Source: Octopus sinensis (Eukaryota). From it: a DNA stretch of 64,000 nt. The notes below the pieces were generated by a model. The model did no database searches, had not been told where the DNA came from, and was given only the letters and a program-made list of their open reading frames with translations. The DNA is taken from contig NC_043001.1 in assembly GCF_006345805.1 (NCBI RefSeq), forward strand, positions 111,104,001 to 111,168,000, given 5' to 3'. Shown here piece by piece: positions 10,427 through 24,538 of this stretch (positions are counted from its first letter, which is position 1; each line of letters starts with the position of its first letter). The position numbers and the translations under genes were made by a program.

Positions 10427-13400
10427 TAGATAGAGGAGATGTCGTACATGTTTCCCGTACAGGTTACAAATTTATAACTCCTCTTAGGCAATAAAACAAC
10501 TGTAACGTTGAATACAAAATAACAATTTTTATCACTTTCTTATTGTTAAATTTTACCTTCATGATATTGTTTGCTTTTATATTGTGTTTGTAATTAGAGA
10601 CCATTCATGGCACCAACAATATTAAATTAAAAGCTCTAACTCAGAGCAATTTTCACTCTACGCATATCATCGTTTAAGGTAAAATAAAATCTTGTCAAGA
10701 AAAATGTATCTTTTCAAGGAGATATTTGCTAGTTCCGTTACTTAGTACTTATATTGTCTTTGTGTAAGCGTGCTGTTTAAAGTTAATTTCCAGAATTAAT
10801 ATTAGTGAAAAGCAATCCCTTGTAGCTTACTTTATTTAGTATGGTAAAAATTTGTTTGAAATGAGAAAGTTATTTTTCAAAGTTATTCAAATACTTGCAT
10901 TCATTTTTCATTTCAGAAATTGGAATAGTTGCTTCTATCCGATTCTTTATTCTTAAGAGTTCTTCTGGCTTACCAAATGTGCATGGATCTAATACAGTAA
11001 AACTAAACTTATTATCCAACAACCCTTGTATTTTTTATGAAATCCATTGGGTGAATTCGGCTTGAAATTTGCTGCAAAATAAATCATTTTGTTAAATCAG
11101 TTTTTTATCACTGTCATACATACCCACCAACAGTAGCTTTCTTTAATCTTTCAACTGTCAGCCGTCTTTTAGTTAATGCGAAACCACTAATTTTTCTAAT
11201 AAACACTTTTAGTTTTGCTATGCGGTATTTATCAGTGATATTGCCTAGTGGTAATGACTACTAAACAAACGATCAGCCATGCTTAAGTAGTTTCTATGGT
11301 TATCTGTTCCCGAAATATGATACCTTGTTTTAAACACCTGGACAGCTCATTTGCGATTTTGCTATTGTCAAATTTCTGATAACGTGTTTTCAAATTAACT
11401 GTTTTGTCCGAAATGTCTTAAAATTACACACCTCCAATACGTCAAAACTAGTCGCATTATAGAGACACTACTTTGTCATGTTGTTATATGGATATTCTTC
11501 TCCTCATTTCTTGTTTAATTAACGATATTTATGTTTTCTATTTCTATGTATTTGTAGTTGCCGCTCATATTTTGAGCTTCAATTGTGAATTATTTGTAAA
11601 GAATTAAGACACGGACAGACGCTGACATGTGTACAACAGCGTTATTCTTGCTGGAACTCCTAAATCATACTGTATTTTCATTGAGTGTGATAGCTTCTCA
11701 AAAATGTCACGCACGTAAAATATTCAAGTGAATAACTTCCGACTATAATAATAGATATGACGGTGCTCTAGATGCGTTCATGTTGTAAATTTTCACTTCT
11801 GTGACAAACCCTATCCATTCCACTGGCGAAATCGAATGACAATAAAATTTTGCGACACAACATAATTCTGTAGCTTGTACTGAAGATTCCCCAAATCAAC
11901 ACATTTTCTGCGCAATATCAGAGTATACATCTAAAGACATGCTCTAAGAAATACGACGTGTGCCCATTCTCGCTGCTGCTATATCATCCCGGATATTAAC
12001 CCTGTTTTTTTTAGTCATTGCACGTTAAATAATCATTTCAACGATGTGTGGGGGCAGCATGTGTATGTGTATGATCGTATCTCAACTGAATAAATATGTA
12101 TTCAATGCTCATAAATGGCTGAGTCGAAGTTTTGTAGTTTATGATATGATTATGTCGAAATACGTGCATTCTTGTTACTTAGTAACTATTGAATTTGATG
12201 TCAATCTGAACTGATTAAACTAGATTATCCAAAATATTAAACTCAGCCATGGTAAACCATTTCACAGTTCAAAATTTGTTAGACACAAACAGAATATCTG
12301 AGCGGGTGATTTGAAGCGTACTTAAGTTCAAGTACACTATAATACCAATTGAAATCCTTGATTGTCACATATTAAAATGTTGTTATATTTTAATTCCATG
12401 GATAATAGTCACGACAACATAACAGGCAACGTAATTATATACATTTGCAACAATCTTATATTGGTCGGAAAATATAAGATTATATTTACAATATAAAACG
12501 CTTTTGAAATGAAAGTTTTATTTTGTCAATTGCAAACCATTATTTTGAGGAATTATTCCAGGTTGTTATGTGTGCAATTAAAATACGGAGACGTACGAAC
12601 GACTTGACAATCACTTACAGTTCGTCATTTAGAATAAAAGTTAATATATAAAGGGAATATTTCATACGGAGATCATAAAAATGAATATTTGTTTGAGTAC
12701 GCGGTATCTATTTTATTCAAGTGTAAGTTGTAAATAGTTCAAAATAATATGAAGGCATTAAATAGAAAAGCAGAATGGCAAATGAATTTATTTCTCTAGA
12801 AATATTGTCGAAATAATTAGAAGCTATTTTTATCAGCTCAACTTCAACGAAGTGTGTCATTATTCATCAGAACATATATTAAAATGCTTTTACCTCATTA
12901 AGTCTATTTCAACATAATAAATCCATATAACGCTTAAAATTCACTACAAAAGACATAAGCGAGAACATTTTTGACAACTTTTAAATCCCTGAAAGAAAGA
13001 AAAAAAATCAAATTAAAAATATCTCCAACTACATTTTATTTTACTTTCAATCCCAGTTGATTTGATTTTATGTTAAAAGAACATTGTATAATGCAGCGAT
13101 ATTTTTGACTACGTAGGGAAAAAATATCTGACAGAAGCTACATATATTTGTCGATTGTTTGAAAGTTTGCAAGAAACGCTAAACATATATGAAAATTGAG
13201 ATTATAGCGAGTAACAAGTTAATCTGGACATGAACGAATTCGGGTACAATATATATGCATTTTCTTTTCACAGGATATGATAATAGACGGATAAAGAATA
13301 GATTAAAATTAAAATATATTTGAATTACACATATCCTATAAGTAAAACCTCGAACGTATACTTGTATACAGAATATGGATCATATGTTGGTAGTACTCGA

Positions 13401-13548
13401 AAGATGCTTAAGATTGTCAAAGGGTCATGAGATGTTTGACGTCAACTGTAAAGATTCCAGGTGTGAACGACAGGTAGAAATTCTTTAAAAACAATGAAAG
13501 CGACATCAGTAATGAAAGCCACTTCAGCAATAGCATCGTAGCACTCAC

Positions 13549-13677
13549 CAAAATGGTTCAGCAGAGAATATGTAGTTATTGCCCATAGTGAACAAAAGTA
13601 GAAATAGCCACCAAACATTCCGAAATCCATAATCTGGAAGTGACATATTCGATAACATAATTTTGGGTATAGTAAGC
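13549..13677 (-). CDS. Candidate exon (129 nt) encoding a possible signal peptide, MLSNMSLPDYGFRNVWWLFLLLFTMGNNYIFSAEPF
   Basis: Acceptor TTATCTTATTTATTCAG and donor TTG|GTGAGT; two frames open; hydrophobic core. No homology recognised. Confidence 0.3.
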
Positions 13678-16278
13678 CTGAATAAATAAGATAATTTTAA
13701 ATATGAATGTTTCTCATCGCACATCTGCTCAATTGCAGATGATCTAAGGCAAAGAATCATAAATGAAGATCATACACATACATTGAATATTCTCTCACAG
13801 TACACTCCATGTAAATAATATTCTATGGTAATATTAACCATAAATATGTAAAATATCTATTCTGCAATACTCCAATACACTAGAGGATAACATTGAAGCC
13901 ATCATTCTAAAATGAGTAAAAACATCATAGATACATTATATATCAGCAATGTCTTTGAAAGCTATCTTCTCACAGATATTGGGAATCTTCCAGCATTTTG
14001 CAATAAGCGATCCTCATACTAACAGTACACGATCGATTACTTACAACTGTATATGCTTCATTTAACAAACAGCTAAACTAGTGGAACAAATAGCCCAAAT
14101 GTATTTTTAATGCTCTAGAGGAAATGAATTCATCATTATGAAACACTGTTTGCTCAAATGATAGAACAGCTAAGCACAGATCACTTCACTGATTTTGACA
14201 TTCAGTGAATTCTCACGGGTTTCAAGAAATTTGGACAATGCTTGCATAGTAATAGAGAGACAGATTATTAGGATTTCCAATTCGCTAAGTCACAGCAAAC
14301 GTGTTCGTTGATACTAAGTCCCCTGAACTAAACCGAGAGTAGTCGGCATAGTCTCAATATTTTCAAAGCTCAGTAGTAAATTAACAAACATTTCAGAAAT
14401 TAGGCATCTGGTTTTACAGTTTTACAGAAAATATGTTTGTGTCTGTTATTGCTTTCATATATTGGATATGTGTTTTATTATGCCAGCAAAGTGTAGATGT
14501 GGGACAACGGTATTCGTGTTAAAATAAATATTCTATTAATATTTTTAACTCGTTCTTTATTGCATCTTATATATCATTTCGAAAACAAGACATGCAGTTT
14601 AGATTGATACTGTAGTGTAACGTTACGTATTGTTCAATAATACATAAAGCATTTCTTTTTGTTTATATTAACTCTAGTATCAGCGTAATAAAAGCGATCT
14701 TTTATTCGAAAAAAAAGTAATTCAAACCTTCAAACTCCAAAGCTCTGTATGCGTTATATTTTACACAAGGGGGTAATCAATGGAGAATATAACCTGTACA
14801 TGCAATGTGGTTTCACAAGCGTATTTGTATATGATTATTGATAAAAGGTGTGTAATTACCTTTCTCTATTGTTATCAAACACATATTAATGATCCGGACG
14901 GAAGGATTGCAAAATCACGATCGTCGCCAAAATAACTTATTACTTGATATTTTAAACGGATGTGTGAGCGAAATTATAGCGGTGCCACCGATAGTGGATC
15001 TTGATTTTGAAAAGAAGGGCTTAATTCTCCGACCAAATATCTTGCAGAAATGGTTTCATCAGAGTGTACTTTGGAAATATGTGTAGTGAAAACCGTTATA
15101 TTAAATGGCCGATGTAATGTGCAACTACCAAAAAGTTACTTACTATCAATAAGTATCTTCTCATATCTTCTATTAAATAGGTTCTTGAATATTTCTTGAC
15201 ATCAAAATCTGAATTAAGGCGCTAGTACTATGCTTAAATGGAGCGCAAAACATGTAACTGCGTAAATATATATCTTATTTTCATAACAAAATTATAAATT
15301 GAAGTTACTCATTATATTCCACTTTAAAAGCACATGAGATCAGTAATAGAGCTTCATTTCACCTTACGTAATTGCATACACTTCCAAAAATGTCGGAAAT
15401 ACAAATTATAAGAGGAGATATCATTTGGCAAGTCTAAATATATATAAAGAAGGTTTGGTATATACTGGTTTCGATGGTAATGGCTAGCATCTCTTTCAGA
15501 TCGTATAGCCTTATGATTTATTAATCAGATACTGTTTAACGAGCACTTCATTAAATTATATGAATGATATGATAGATTCTTGTGGGAATAACTTGAAATC
15601 CCTTACTGAATTTTGTTGGAAACGGATGCAATATATTATTTATATAATTGGAAATATGCTCCAGTATGACAAAACGTAACAGTAATATTTAAATATATTT
15701 ATCCGTGCTACAGTTTATATCCTGCGGCGGCCGATTTTGCCTTTCAACATTTATGTGTAGACATACTAAAGACGAACCAAAGACAATGATTGCTGTGATT
15801 GACTACATCTCGCCCCTAGAAAGACGTTTCATTGCCTCTGTATGAGGGCTGAATGAATACAACACACTAACACTATGGACGTGTGTCACGCATTTCTGTT
15901 ATTGTTCATTAAATAATGACAATATAAAGAACATTAGTAGAAACCCATCTGACATATATTGCCAACTGAAATGATAACAGTAAGAGGCCATAGCAGCATA
16001 CTGCAAAATATTTTAAATTACGTATTTTGTATGAACACCAGATTAATGCGATACGGAACAATGTTGAGCCGCAAATAATTTGAGTCAAAGTTTTTATATA
16101 TTTTACGGGGAATATTCCGACTCTGTTCACCATATTATCATGTCAGTAAAAAAGGTAAGGTGTAGGTTACTTATAATGACGAATGCTTCCGTAGGTCATT
16201 CAATGAAAGGATATTTCATAACTAATGTATTAGTTCCAGTCTTCACTTCGTAGCGGCAGCATGCCCACAAACTTGAAC

Positions 16279-16320
16279 AAATATGGCGCCAACATGTCCA
16301 GTATTTGCGGCCGCCAATCA
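16279..16320. promoter_or_regulatory. Possible promoter motifs (YY1-like AAATATGGCG and CCAAT box GCCAATCA) in a CpG-richer patch
   Basis: Motif match only, at 16279-16288 and 16313-16320. Confidence 0.2.
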
Positions 16321-17838
16321 TAAAGGAGAACGCAATAGGAAACTATTAATCATGGCTCTTTATAGCTTGTACAAAATTGATTCTATTTTCGCCGCATATA
16401 TGACGCAACGGAATTACAGGTTTAGTTAAAAACGAAGAAATAACTAATACAAGAAAGCATAATGGAATGGCAAATAAACAAGAAAAGCGCTCTCTAGTAT
16501 AAGACTTAGTTATTACGAAAATATGAAGGAAAAATATATAAAATATCATAGCGTTGTTCCACAAATACTATATACACATCAATAAAGCAGACATTAATAT
16601 CTTCTATCGGAAAGATATCTGTCTAAATCATGTTATTATTGGTGATATTTATTTCGATTGCAGATATTCTCAAAACGCTTAGAATGGATATAAATCTATT
16701 TTGAGAAATTTTTTAAGCATTTCCTCGCTGAAATCTCAGTTACTTCTTTATGTGTTAGAATATTATGTTAATTAACAATGTATTTAATATATGTCCATTC
16801 TTGTATATCAAAGTTAATAATACTTTATTCATCTTGAAATATGTATGAAAGATTTGTAAACAGAGCATTCCACTATTTATGTACAGAAACTGCGTGATGT
16901 AATAAATGCTTCGCATGCAAATTTTGATATTATTATTTTCCTATTCCCCTTCGTGAATTGCTATATTATGGTAACCAAATCTATAATAATTTTCATAATA
17001 ACTACCTTACTATAGATTAAATTAACTCTTAAATTCAGAAATCAATAAATGGCAAAGACATATGAGATAGTGAATTCTTTTCTGTTATTGATAGATTTTT
17101 TTTTCAAAATATTACCATGGATTGTCAATAACTCTGTTCTTAAGCGTATAAAGCAAACTAGTGATATTGCTAAATACTTCTTAATGTATTGATATCCATT
17201 ATTTATTAGAAATATGATATACAAATGCAGATATTTTTATCTCCCGAGGATGCCTGGGAGAAGTGAATGCTAAACATAAATTTCAAACAAAACAGTGTTG
17301 AAAATCATAAAAACGTTTTAACCATTTGTAAAATTGAGTCGAAAATATGCGAAGCATCGTAACAAAAGACATTTCTGTAGGTGTTCATTCTGCACCTCAA
17401 GTGAGTATAACTGATAGGTGGAACTTATCAATCATTGCATAACTGTCATCTGAATTTCCCAATATGCCCCAGTGTCTTGTTTGACGTTAATACTGTGGCA
17501 ATTGACGTGTGTAACGTAGTGAGTAGAAACTTTTGGTTGAATATTTATTATCTAAATCATTATTACATAAAAACACCTATGAACGTTTAAAATGTAAAAG
17601 AAACAATCAAAAAAGATAGCTCTTAACAGATAAGATCATTGAGAGATATTGGTAATATAGGCAGCGCAGATTCGAATAGATCCAATCAACATCATATTGG
17701 TTCTATTCTCGTATACAATCACATATATCTATCTACATATGTATCCATTTGCCTCTCTGGTTATCTATATATCTGTCCGTTTCTCTCTCTCTCTCTTTAT
17801 ATATATATATACATATATAGACACACACACACACACAG

Positions 17839-17907
<69 letters not shown>

Positions 17908-18545
17908 ATACAAACACACAGACATGTTCTAAAGCTATTGAACTACTGTCGTATTTATTAACGCTTATGTATTATACATGAAGTTAATGCTATTTATCAT
18001 TTGATGTTACAGAATGTGGTCATGCGATGTATCTTTGTGTTAGGTATCTTCATCTTATGTCTACTCTCATTATCTCATTATATTTCATATGATATGTCAT
18101 GCTGTGTCAAAGTTAATTTATGTGTAATTTGTAAATGTCTGGTCGATGAAAACAAGTTAAATAAACTCGGCAAATATTAATGTCATAAAATTTTTTTTGT
18201 TAATATTAACACCGTAATCCTGCTGAGAGCACAGCATATATAATATGGTAACATGTATTTAAATTATAGTGTTTCTGAAAGTGATAATTAATCATCATTC
18301 AACGGCTCCAATACATATTCGAGAAGATAAATCCATGTTACTCTCATATGACACAAGCGTGCTGAGCTTGAAGAAACCTAAGAGCTTCGGAAAATACCTG
18401 ACTCTATTTAGACCATTTGTTTTTGATAGCAATTTCTGAAGCTGAGCATAAATCACAGAGAATTGCCTTACAATGTTTCATACCACCTTAACCAGAAATA
18501 ATCACGACATACTGGAACACAGTTAAAATTCTAACCTTAAATATG

Positions 18546-18840
18546 TTTGTTCCTTCTCGAGCCACGCCTGGCTCATTAAGGCCGGTTTCACGGTTTCCTT
18601 GGCGTATAGAATCTTCACCTGGACGGGACGCCAGTCCGTGGCTGGTGAGCTGCTAGATGCAAGAGGAACGAGTGAGAGAAAGTTGTGGCGAAAGAGGCAG
18701 CAGAAAGTCGCCATTATCTTCTGCCGGAGCCGCGTGGAGCTTAGGTGTTTCGCTCATAAACATCGCCCGGTCTGATATTCGAACCCGTGATCCCTCGACT
18801 GCGAGTCCGCTGCTGTAACCACTAGACCATGTACCTCCAC
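18546..18840 (-). mobile_element. SINE family C (tRNA head), full length with 13-bp TSD
   Basis: TSD AACCTTAAATATG at 18533-18545 and 18841-18853; tRNA-like head; homologous to 33775-34082 and 57192-57490. Confidence 0.92.
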
Positions 18841-19599
18841 AACCTTAAATATGCCTGATCGTTCCCACTTTTATTAGAAAGAAAAAAAATTAGTCTCACG
18901 TAAATAAATGCCTTCTTTCCTAGTTACCTCGAGGTCTAAGCTTTATGTACATTTAAAAAGTTGTGTTCATTGCAAATAAAATTTACAACACTTGCACATT
19001 TTTCTCTACATTTAATGGGCTACTTTCGAAATGTCTTACATCGATAAAACTATAAATAGTTATAATCTTTCAGTGTAGAAAAAGCAAATCCAGTCATATT
19101 AATCCTAGATTTTCCACCTAGAGATATATCCATGTAAATCTAGGTTGCAAGGTCATGTTTGATTTTTATAACGATGCTTACAAAGTTATATACAGTAAAG
19201 AGCATATTCTTCTGTTATGTGCTCCAGACTATTTTAACATGGATAAGGTAATCAATGTTGTATTTCGTCTCCCTAAAAAGTAGCTTTTTTTACATGATGC
19301 TCATTGTGAACAGACAAGATTTTGTAAGATATTACTTAGTCACTGAGGTATATAGATCGTAAAATAGTTATACGGTTTTTTAAGATAGGTTATAGGTTTT
19401 TAATTTGATTTTTAATCTTTAATTTTTAAATGTATTTCATAAATATATTATATTGATATTTATAATATTTATGTAAGTAATAATGGACTAATTAATTAAT
19501 TTATTTTTCATTATATGTCTATATATTTATTGATAGAGTAAATTTTAGATTTTAATTACGATATCTGTTGATTATTATTTAGATACTTATTTTAAATGT

Positions 19600-20075
19600 T
19601 TTATAGTTATTAGATGTGAACTTAAATCTAAAAATATGCATATCTATTATTTTGTTTAAAAATTTGGTAATTAAATATTGGACTATAACTGAGTTAAGGA
19701 TATTCGAGAGTTTCTTATGTTTTTTTAAAGCCATGTTATATCTTAATAGATAAATACATTTTTCTATCTATTGTTTACCTTAAAAATAAATATTTAAATT
19801 AATAAATGTTTTATAGGAAATAATCCTAATGTTTTGAGTTTCTAATTTAGACAATGGAGTTTTTTCTATAAGAAAAATTATTATTTTTATTGTTTAACTC
19901 TATTTGCTTATTTCATTAACTATTATCATTAACCTGAAGATTGACTATAATTTAAATTTTAATTCATTTCAATTGCATTTAAACTTAATTATAATTCGAA
20001 TTTAATTCTAGCCATGAAACTTACTTAGTGTTTTTACTTATTATATTATATTTATAATTCATTTTATTCATTTTG
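19600..20075 (+). repeat. Very AT-rich dispersed repeat, copy 1 (class unknown)
   Basis: Colinear with 47963-48455 starting at TATTAGATGTGAACTTAAATCTAA. Confidence 0.8.
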
Positions 20076-20157
20076 AAAAAAAAACTATATAATATATATA
20101 TAAACGGTGGTGCATCAGCATGGCCGCAGCTCTTAGCTGAAACTACAGAGAATAATC

Positions 20158-20208
<51 letters not shown>

Positions 20209-20228
20209 CATATATATATATATATATC

Positions 20229-20309
<81 letters not shown>

Positions 20310-20316
20310 ATATAAC

Positions 20317-20357
<41 letters not shown>

Positions 20358-20368
20358 CATATATATAT

Positions 20369-20405
<37 letters not shown>

Positions 20406-20460
20406 ATGCATGTATATGTATGCGTGTCTGTGTGTATGTGTATCTGTGTATGTATATCTA
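20158..20460. repeat. (TA)n/(TG)n compound microsatellite
   Basis: Direct reading. Confidence 0.95.
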
Positions 20461-20871
20461 TTGCTGGTTTGTTTTCTTTTATCAGCTTAGCGCTTGCCAA
20501 TTATGCTTTTTCGGATAGTATACTTTATATCATGAATGATATATATGTCCTTGCTTATCTTTCTGCATTCAAAACCTTTTTACGAATCAAGATGATACTT
20601 ATGTATATCTTCAGTCACCCAGTGCAATGAAGTGTTAAAAGACAAACACACACCTTCACCCACGCAGGGTCATGCACACGCACATATACTGGAAACAACA
20701 ATGGAGACACCTAGCATCATAGCATCATAATTTTGAAACAGTTATAAAACCATTAAAAGCTTGTATATTTTTATGTTTTGATTTAGTATTAGTGTTGCTT
20801 AATATGTTTTGCTAAAATTGCTGTTTCTTTTCCGATATCATCTGAAGAAAGGTAATTAAAATTCATTAAAT

Positions 20872-21831
20872 TAACAAATCTATCGGACTTTCAAAGAAGT
20901 CAAATTGCTTTTGCTCGTATGGTAGGCGCTAGCGTAACGAAAAACAGCCTTAATGTATGGTGTTTCAAGAAATAGTGTCTGGAATGTAATGACAGCCTTT
21001 TAAAAATACAGAAAAAACCTCCTTCGCGAAACAAAACTCCGGAAGAAAACAAAAACTTTCAGATAGAGACTGTCGAACTCTTACGCGAATTGTTAGAAAG
21101 GATCACAAAGTACAGCTCCCGAAATTATTACAGAGCTTAATGACCACCTTGAAAATCCAGTTTCCACAAAACACTATTCGCCTGGAATTGCAAAAAGCCG
21201 GATTTCACGGAAGGGCAGCAATCAGAAACGACTGCTTTCAAAAGCAAACGTTTCAAAACTTTAAGAGTGGAGTAAAATCATACCGAATTGGTCCCTAGAA
21301 CATTGGAAGACTGTTATTTTCTCACACGAGTCATCCTTTACATTATTTCTGACCACCGGCCGAGTGTACGTATGGAGACAGCCAAAAGAAGTATTTGACC
21401 CAGACTGCCTTCTTCCAACTGTTAAACATTGAGGAAGATCTGTCTTGATCGAGGAGGTCTCTATCTTGGAAATCAGCCGGCCAATTGGTTAAGCATTTTA
21501 TCTTATCAAATTCATCTTATGGTTGCGGAACTGTCTCCGGGGGGAAACGCAATCTTTCAGGATGATAATGCACCAATTCACATAGCTAAAGTTGTTATTG
21601 AATGGCTTGAGGAACATTCTAGTGAAGATGAAATCTTATCTGGCCACCATAGCTCCCATATCACAATATTATTGAAAATGTATGGTGTATTTTAGGAAAG
21701 CATGTAGGAAGTCCATATCCTCCATCATCATCACTACAAGAATTAGAGACTCTTTGAGCTGAAGAATGGACAAAAATTGCTTTGGAAAAAATTCAAATTT
21801 TGATTACTGCCAGAGGCGGTCGTACCCCGTA
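20872..21831 (+). pseudogene. Degraded Tc1-family DDE transposase
   Basis: Frameshifted pieces read DFQRSQI...SGRKQKLSDRDCRTLTRIV...GFHGRAAIR...WKTVIFSHESSF...GRVYVWRQPKE...FQDDNAPIH...IENVW...ARGGRTPY. TIRs not identified. Confidence 0.9.
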
Positions 21832-21983
21832 TATTTATATCTATCTTTACAGATGTGTAGTTAGGAACACACAAACACACGCACACGCAGACAGAAAGAA
21901 AAACATACATATATACATACATACATACATATATACATACATACATGCATGCATACGTACATATATATACATATATATAGCTA

Positions 21984-22056
<73 letters not shown>

Positions 22057-22427
22057 TTGGCTCTTTCAGTTTTACAGATGTATCATGATATTTTCAGTAC
22101 ATAGATATTGTCACACTTGTGTATGCTGATCATATCAATGGGGATATTGTATTTTTAGAGAGAGGAAAGAAAACATACTGAGTCCATAATATTTTTCGCA
22201 CACATCTTTTACACGTATAACTTATCACGAACGGAAATGCTTTTTTTATTTTATTGTTATTATTTTTTTTTGTTCCAGCGCAGACAAATGGTATAACTAC
22301 CGGTCTCCTGGTTATATCCAACATAAACTTCTTATTAATTGTCATGCTGTTATTGATAAAAAGGAAATTCAAAGGAGTATACTCATGATGCACCTCAAGA
22401 AAACACGAAAGTACTCGTTGAAGGTGT

Positions 22428-22512
<85 letters not shown>

Positions 22513-22906
22513 CGTGTGTATGTATGTGTGTGTGTGTGCGTGTGTGCGTACGGATATGTGTATATAGCAAAAATTTTGATTCAGATGAATATGATACTTA
22601 AGTTAAGGCACCAGAATTTAGTACGTTATTATCCATACAATTTCAAAGGTTATTAAAATCAATATAAGCAACAAGAAAATCCAGAGGTACGATCGTTTCA
22701 TGCAACTCCATTTAACTTAACAATGCGATCATTACATCAATTTAAAATGCAGTGCAATATTCAGCTGCACAAAAACATACAATTTAATTAAATTACAACA
22801 GATAGACATCTTAGTATAACGTGTGTGTCTATATATATATATAATGTGTATATATATATATTATTCATTTATATATGTATACATATACACGCATATATGT
22901 ATGCAC

Positions 22907-22953
<47 letters not shown>

Positions 22954-23897
22954 GTGTGTATGTATGAATATATATAGGTGTGTGTATGTGTATGTGTGTA
23001 ATTCCTTATATTATTTCTATATTGCTTAGTAAACAAGGATTCCGATTAGATTATAAAACTTAGATACACTTCGTGAAGGATTCCTCGAGAATCAACCATT
23101 AGCTACACTCTTCATGAGTGTAAACAATTTCGTAATTGGATTATATATTCTATATAGTTAACATATTTCACTCAATCTAAGTAGTAATTATTGTAGCAGT
23201 AATATATTCAGGCTGAATTAGTAGTTCGTCTCCCCCTCTATAAATGCAGACCAGTCTTAAAACACTGCGAAGGATATAGCATAGAAATGACAATCACAGT
23301 TTTTATGTCAGTGTGAAAAATGAAACGCAGTACACTTTGAGGCAGCTGATTTCACCCCCACCCTCGTAAATGAAAGCTGATATGCAAACAAAACTCTTGC
23401 ATGACAATTAGGAGGGAATGGTAAATTATAGGTCGGAACACTTTTTATAAGATATCAAGGACACCTTAGTATTATTTTGTTATGCTTTGTAGTTGAAGAA
23501 CTACAGATGTTGAGAAGATACGAATTGTATTTTAGAAAGATTGTGCTTTGTCCCAGGAGAATTATCAGTATAAACGATTAGAAATGGCACCAGTTGAAGA
23601 ACTAATCCAAGTGGAATCTCGTTTAGCGAGGAAATTGTATTCTTACCCTATGCTGATGTTTGCGCGTATTTACGTAAATGATATAATATATTACGATGAA
23701 GAGACGTTTGGAAAATATCCCGCACTTTTTTAAAGTATCGAAGAATTTGCAGTATTTGAAAGTTACTTGAACCACAGACAAAACCGTTTAGATCTACTAG
23801 TATTAATATAATAATTATCTTTAAAGTTCATCTGTATTAAACAATAGATTGGGACTGTAAAGTAATGTAACATAATCTTTTCTAGTCTAGACACACA

Positions 23898-24257
23898 GCC
23901 GGAAATTTTGGGTGGGGGCAGTCGATTAGATCGACACCAGTACGCAACTCGTACTTAATTTATCAACCCCGAAAGTCGACATCGAGCGGATTTGAATTCA
24001 GAACGTACGGACAGACGAAATACCTATTTCTTTATTGCCCTCAAGGGGCTAAACATAGACGGGACAAAAAAGGACAGACAAACGGATTAAGTCGATTATA
24101 TCGACCCCAGTGCGTAACTGTTACTTAATTTATCGACCCCGAAATGTTGAAAGGCAAAGTCGACCTCGGCGGAATTTGAACTCAGAACGTAACGGCAGAC
24201 GAAATACTGCTAAGCATTTCGCCCGGCGTGCTAACGTTTCTGCCGGCTCGTAGCCTT
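23898..24257 (-). mobile_element. SINE B head-to-tail dimer (junction 24023/24024); distal unit has a different tail
   Basis: Full head at about 24257 and junction GACGAAATAC|CTATTTCTTT. Confidence 0.88.
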
Positions 24258-24427
24258 AGAAGTGTATTCATAAACATACAATTCATGTACGTAAGTACTA
24301 ATTATATTTCGGTACGTTATTTGGGCTCATTTTGTATGGTGATCAAAATTAATTAACTTCTGCATGCATTCATACATACACGCACACGCACGCACACACA
24401 CACACACATATATATATACATACATAC

Positions 24428-24484
<57 letters not shown>

Positions 24485-24538
24485 GGCACATAGATGCATA
24501 CATACATGTACACAAACATAAACATACATAAATGCATA

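Noticed and set aside
19600-20075. Possible NUMT (TGG versus TGA at an aligned codon in the two copies)
   Set aside because: No mitochondrial protein, rRNA or tRNA could be recognised, and stops occur even under the invertebrate mitochondrial code. Not excluded without BLAST.
23548-23733. Protein-like 61-aa ORF (ENYQYKRLEMAPVEELIQ...)
   Set aside because: No ATG at the annotated start, no convincing donor, no recognisable domain.
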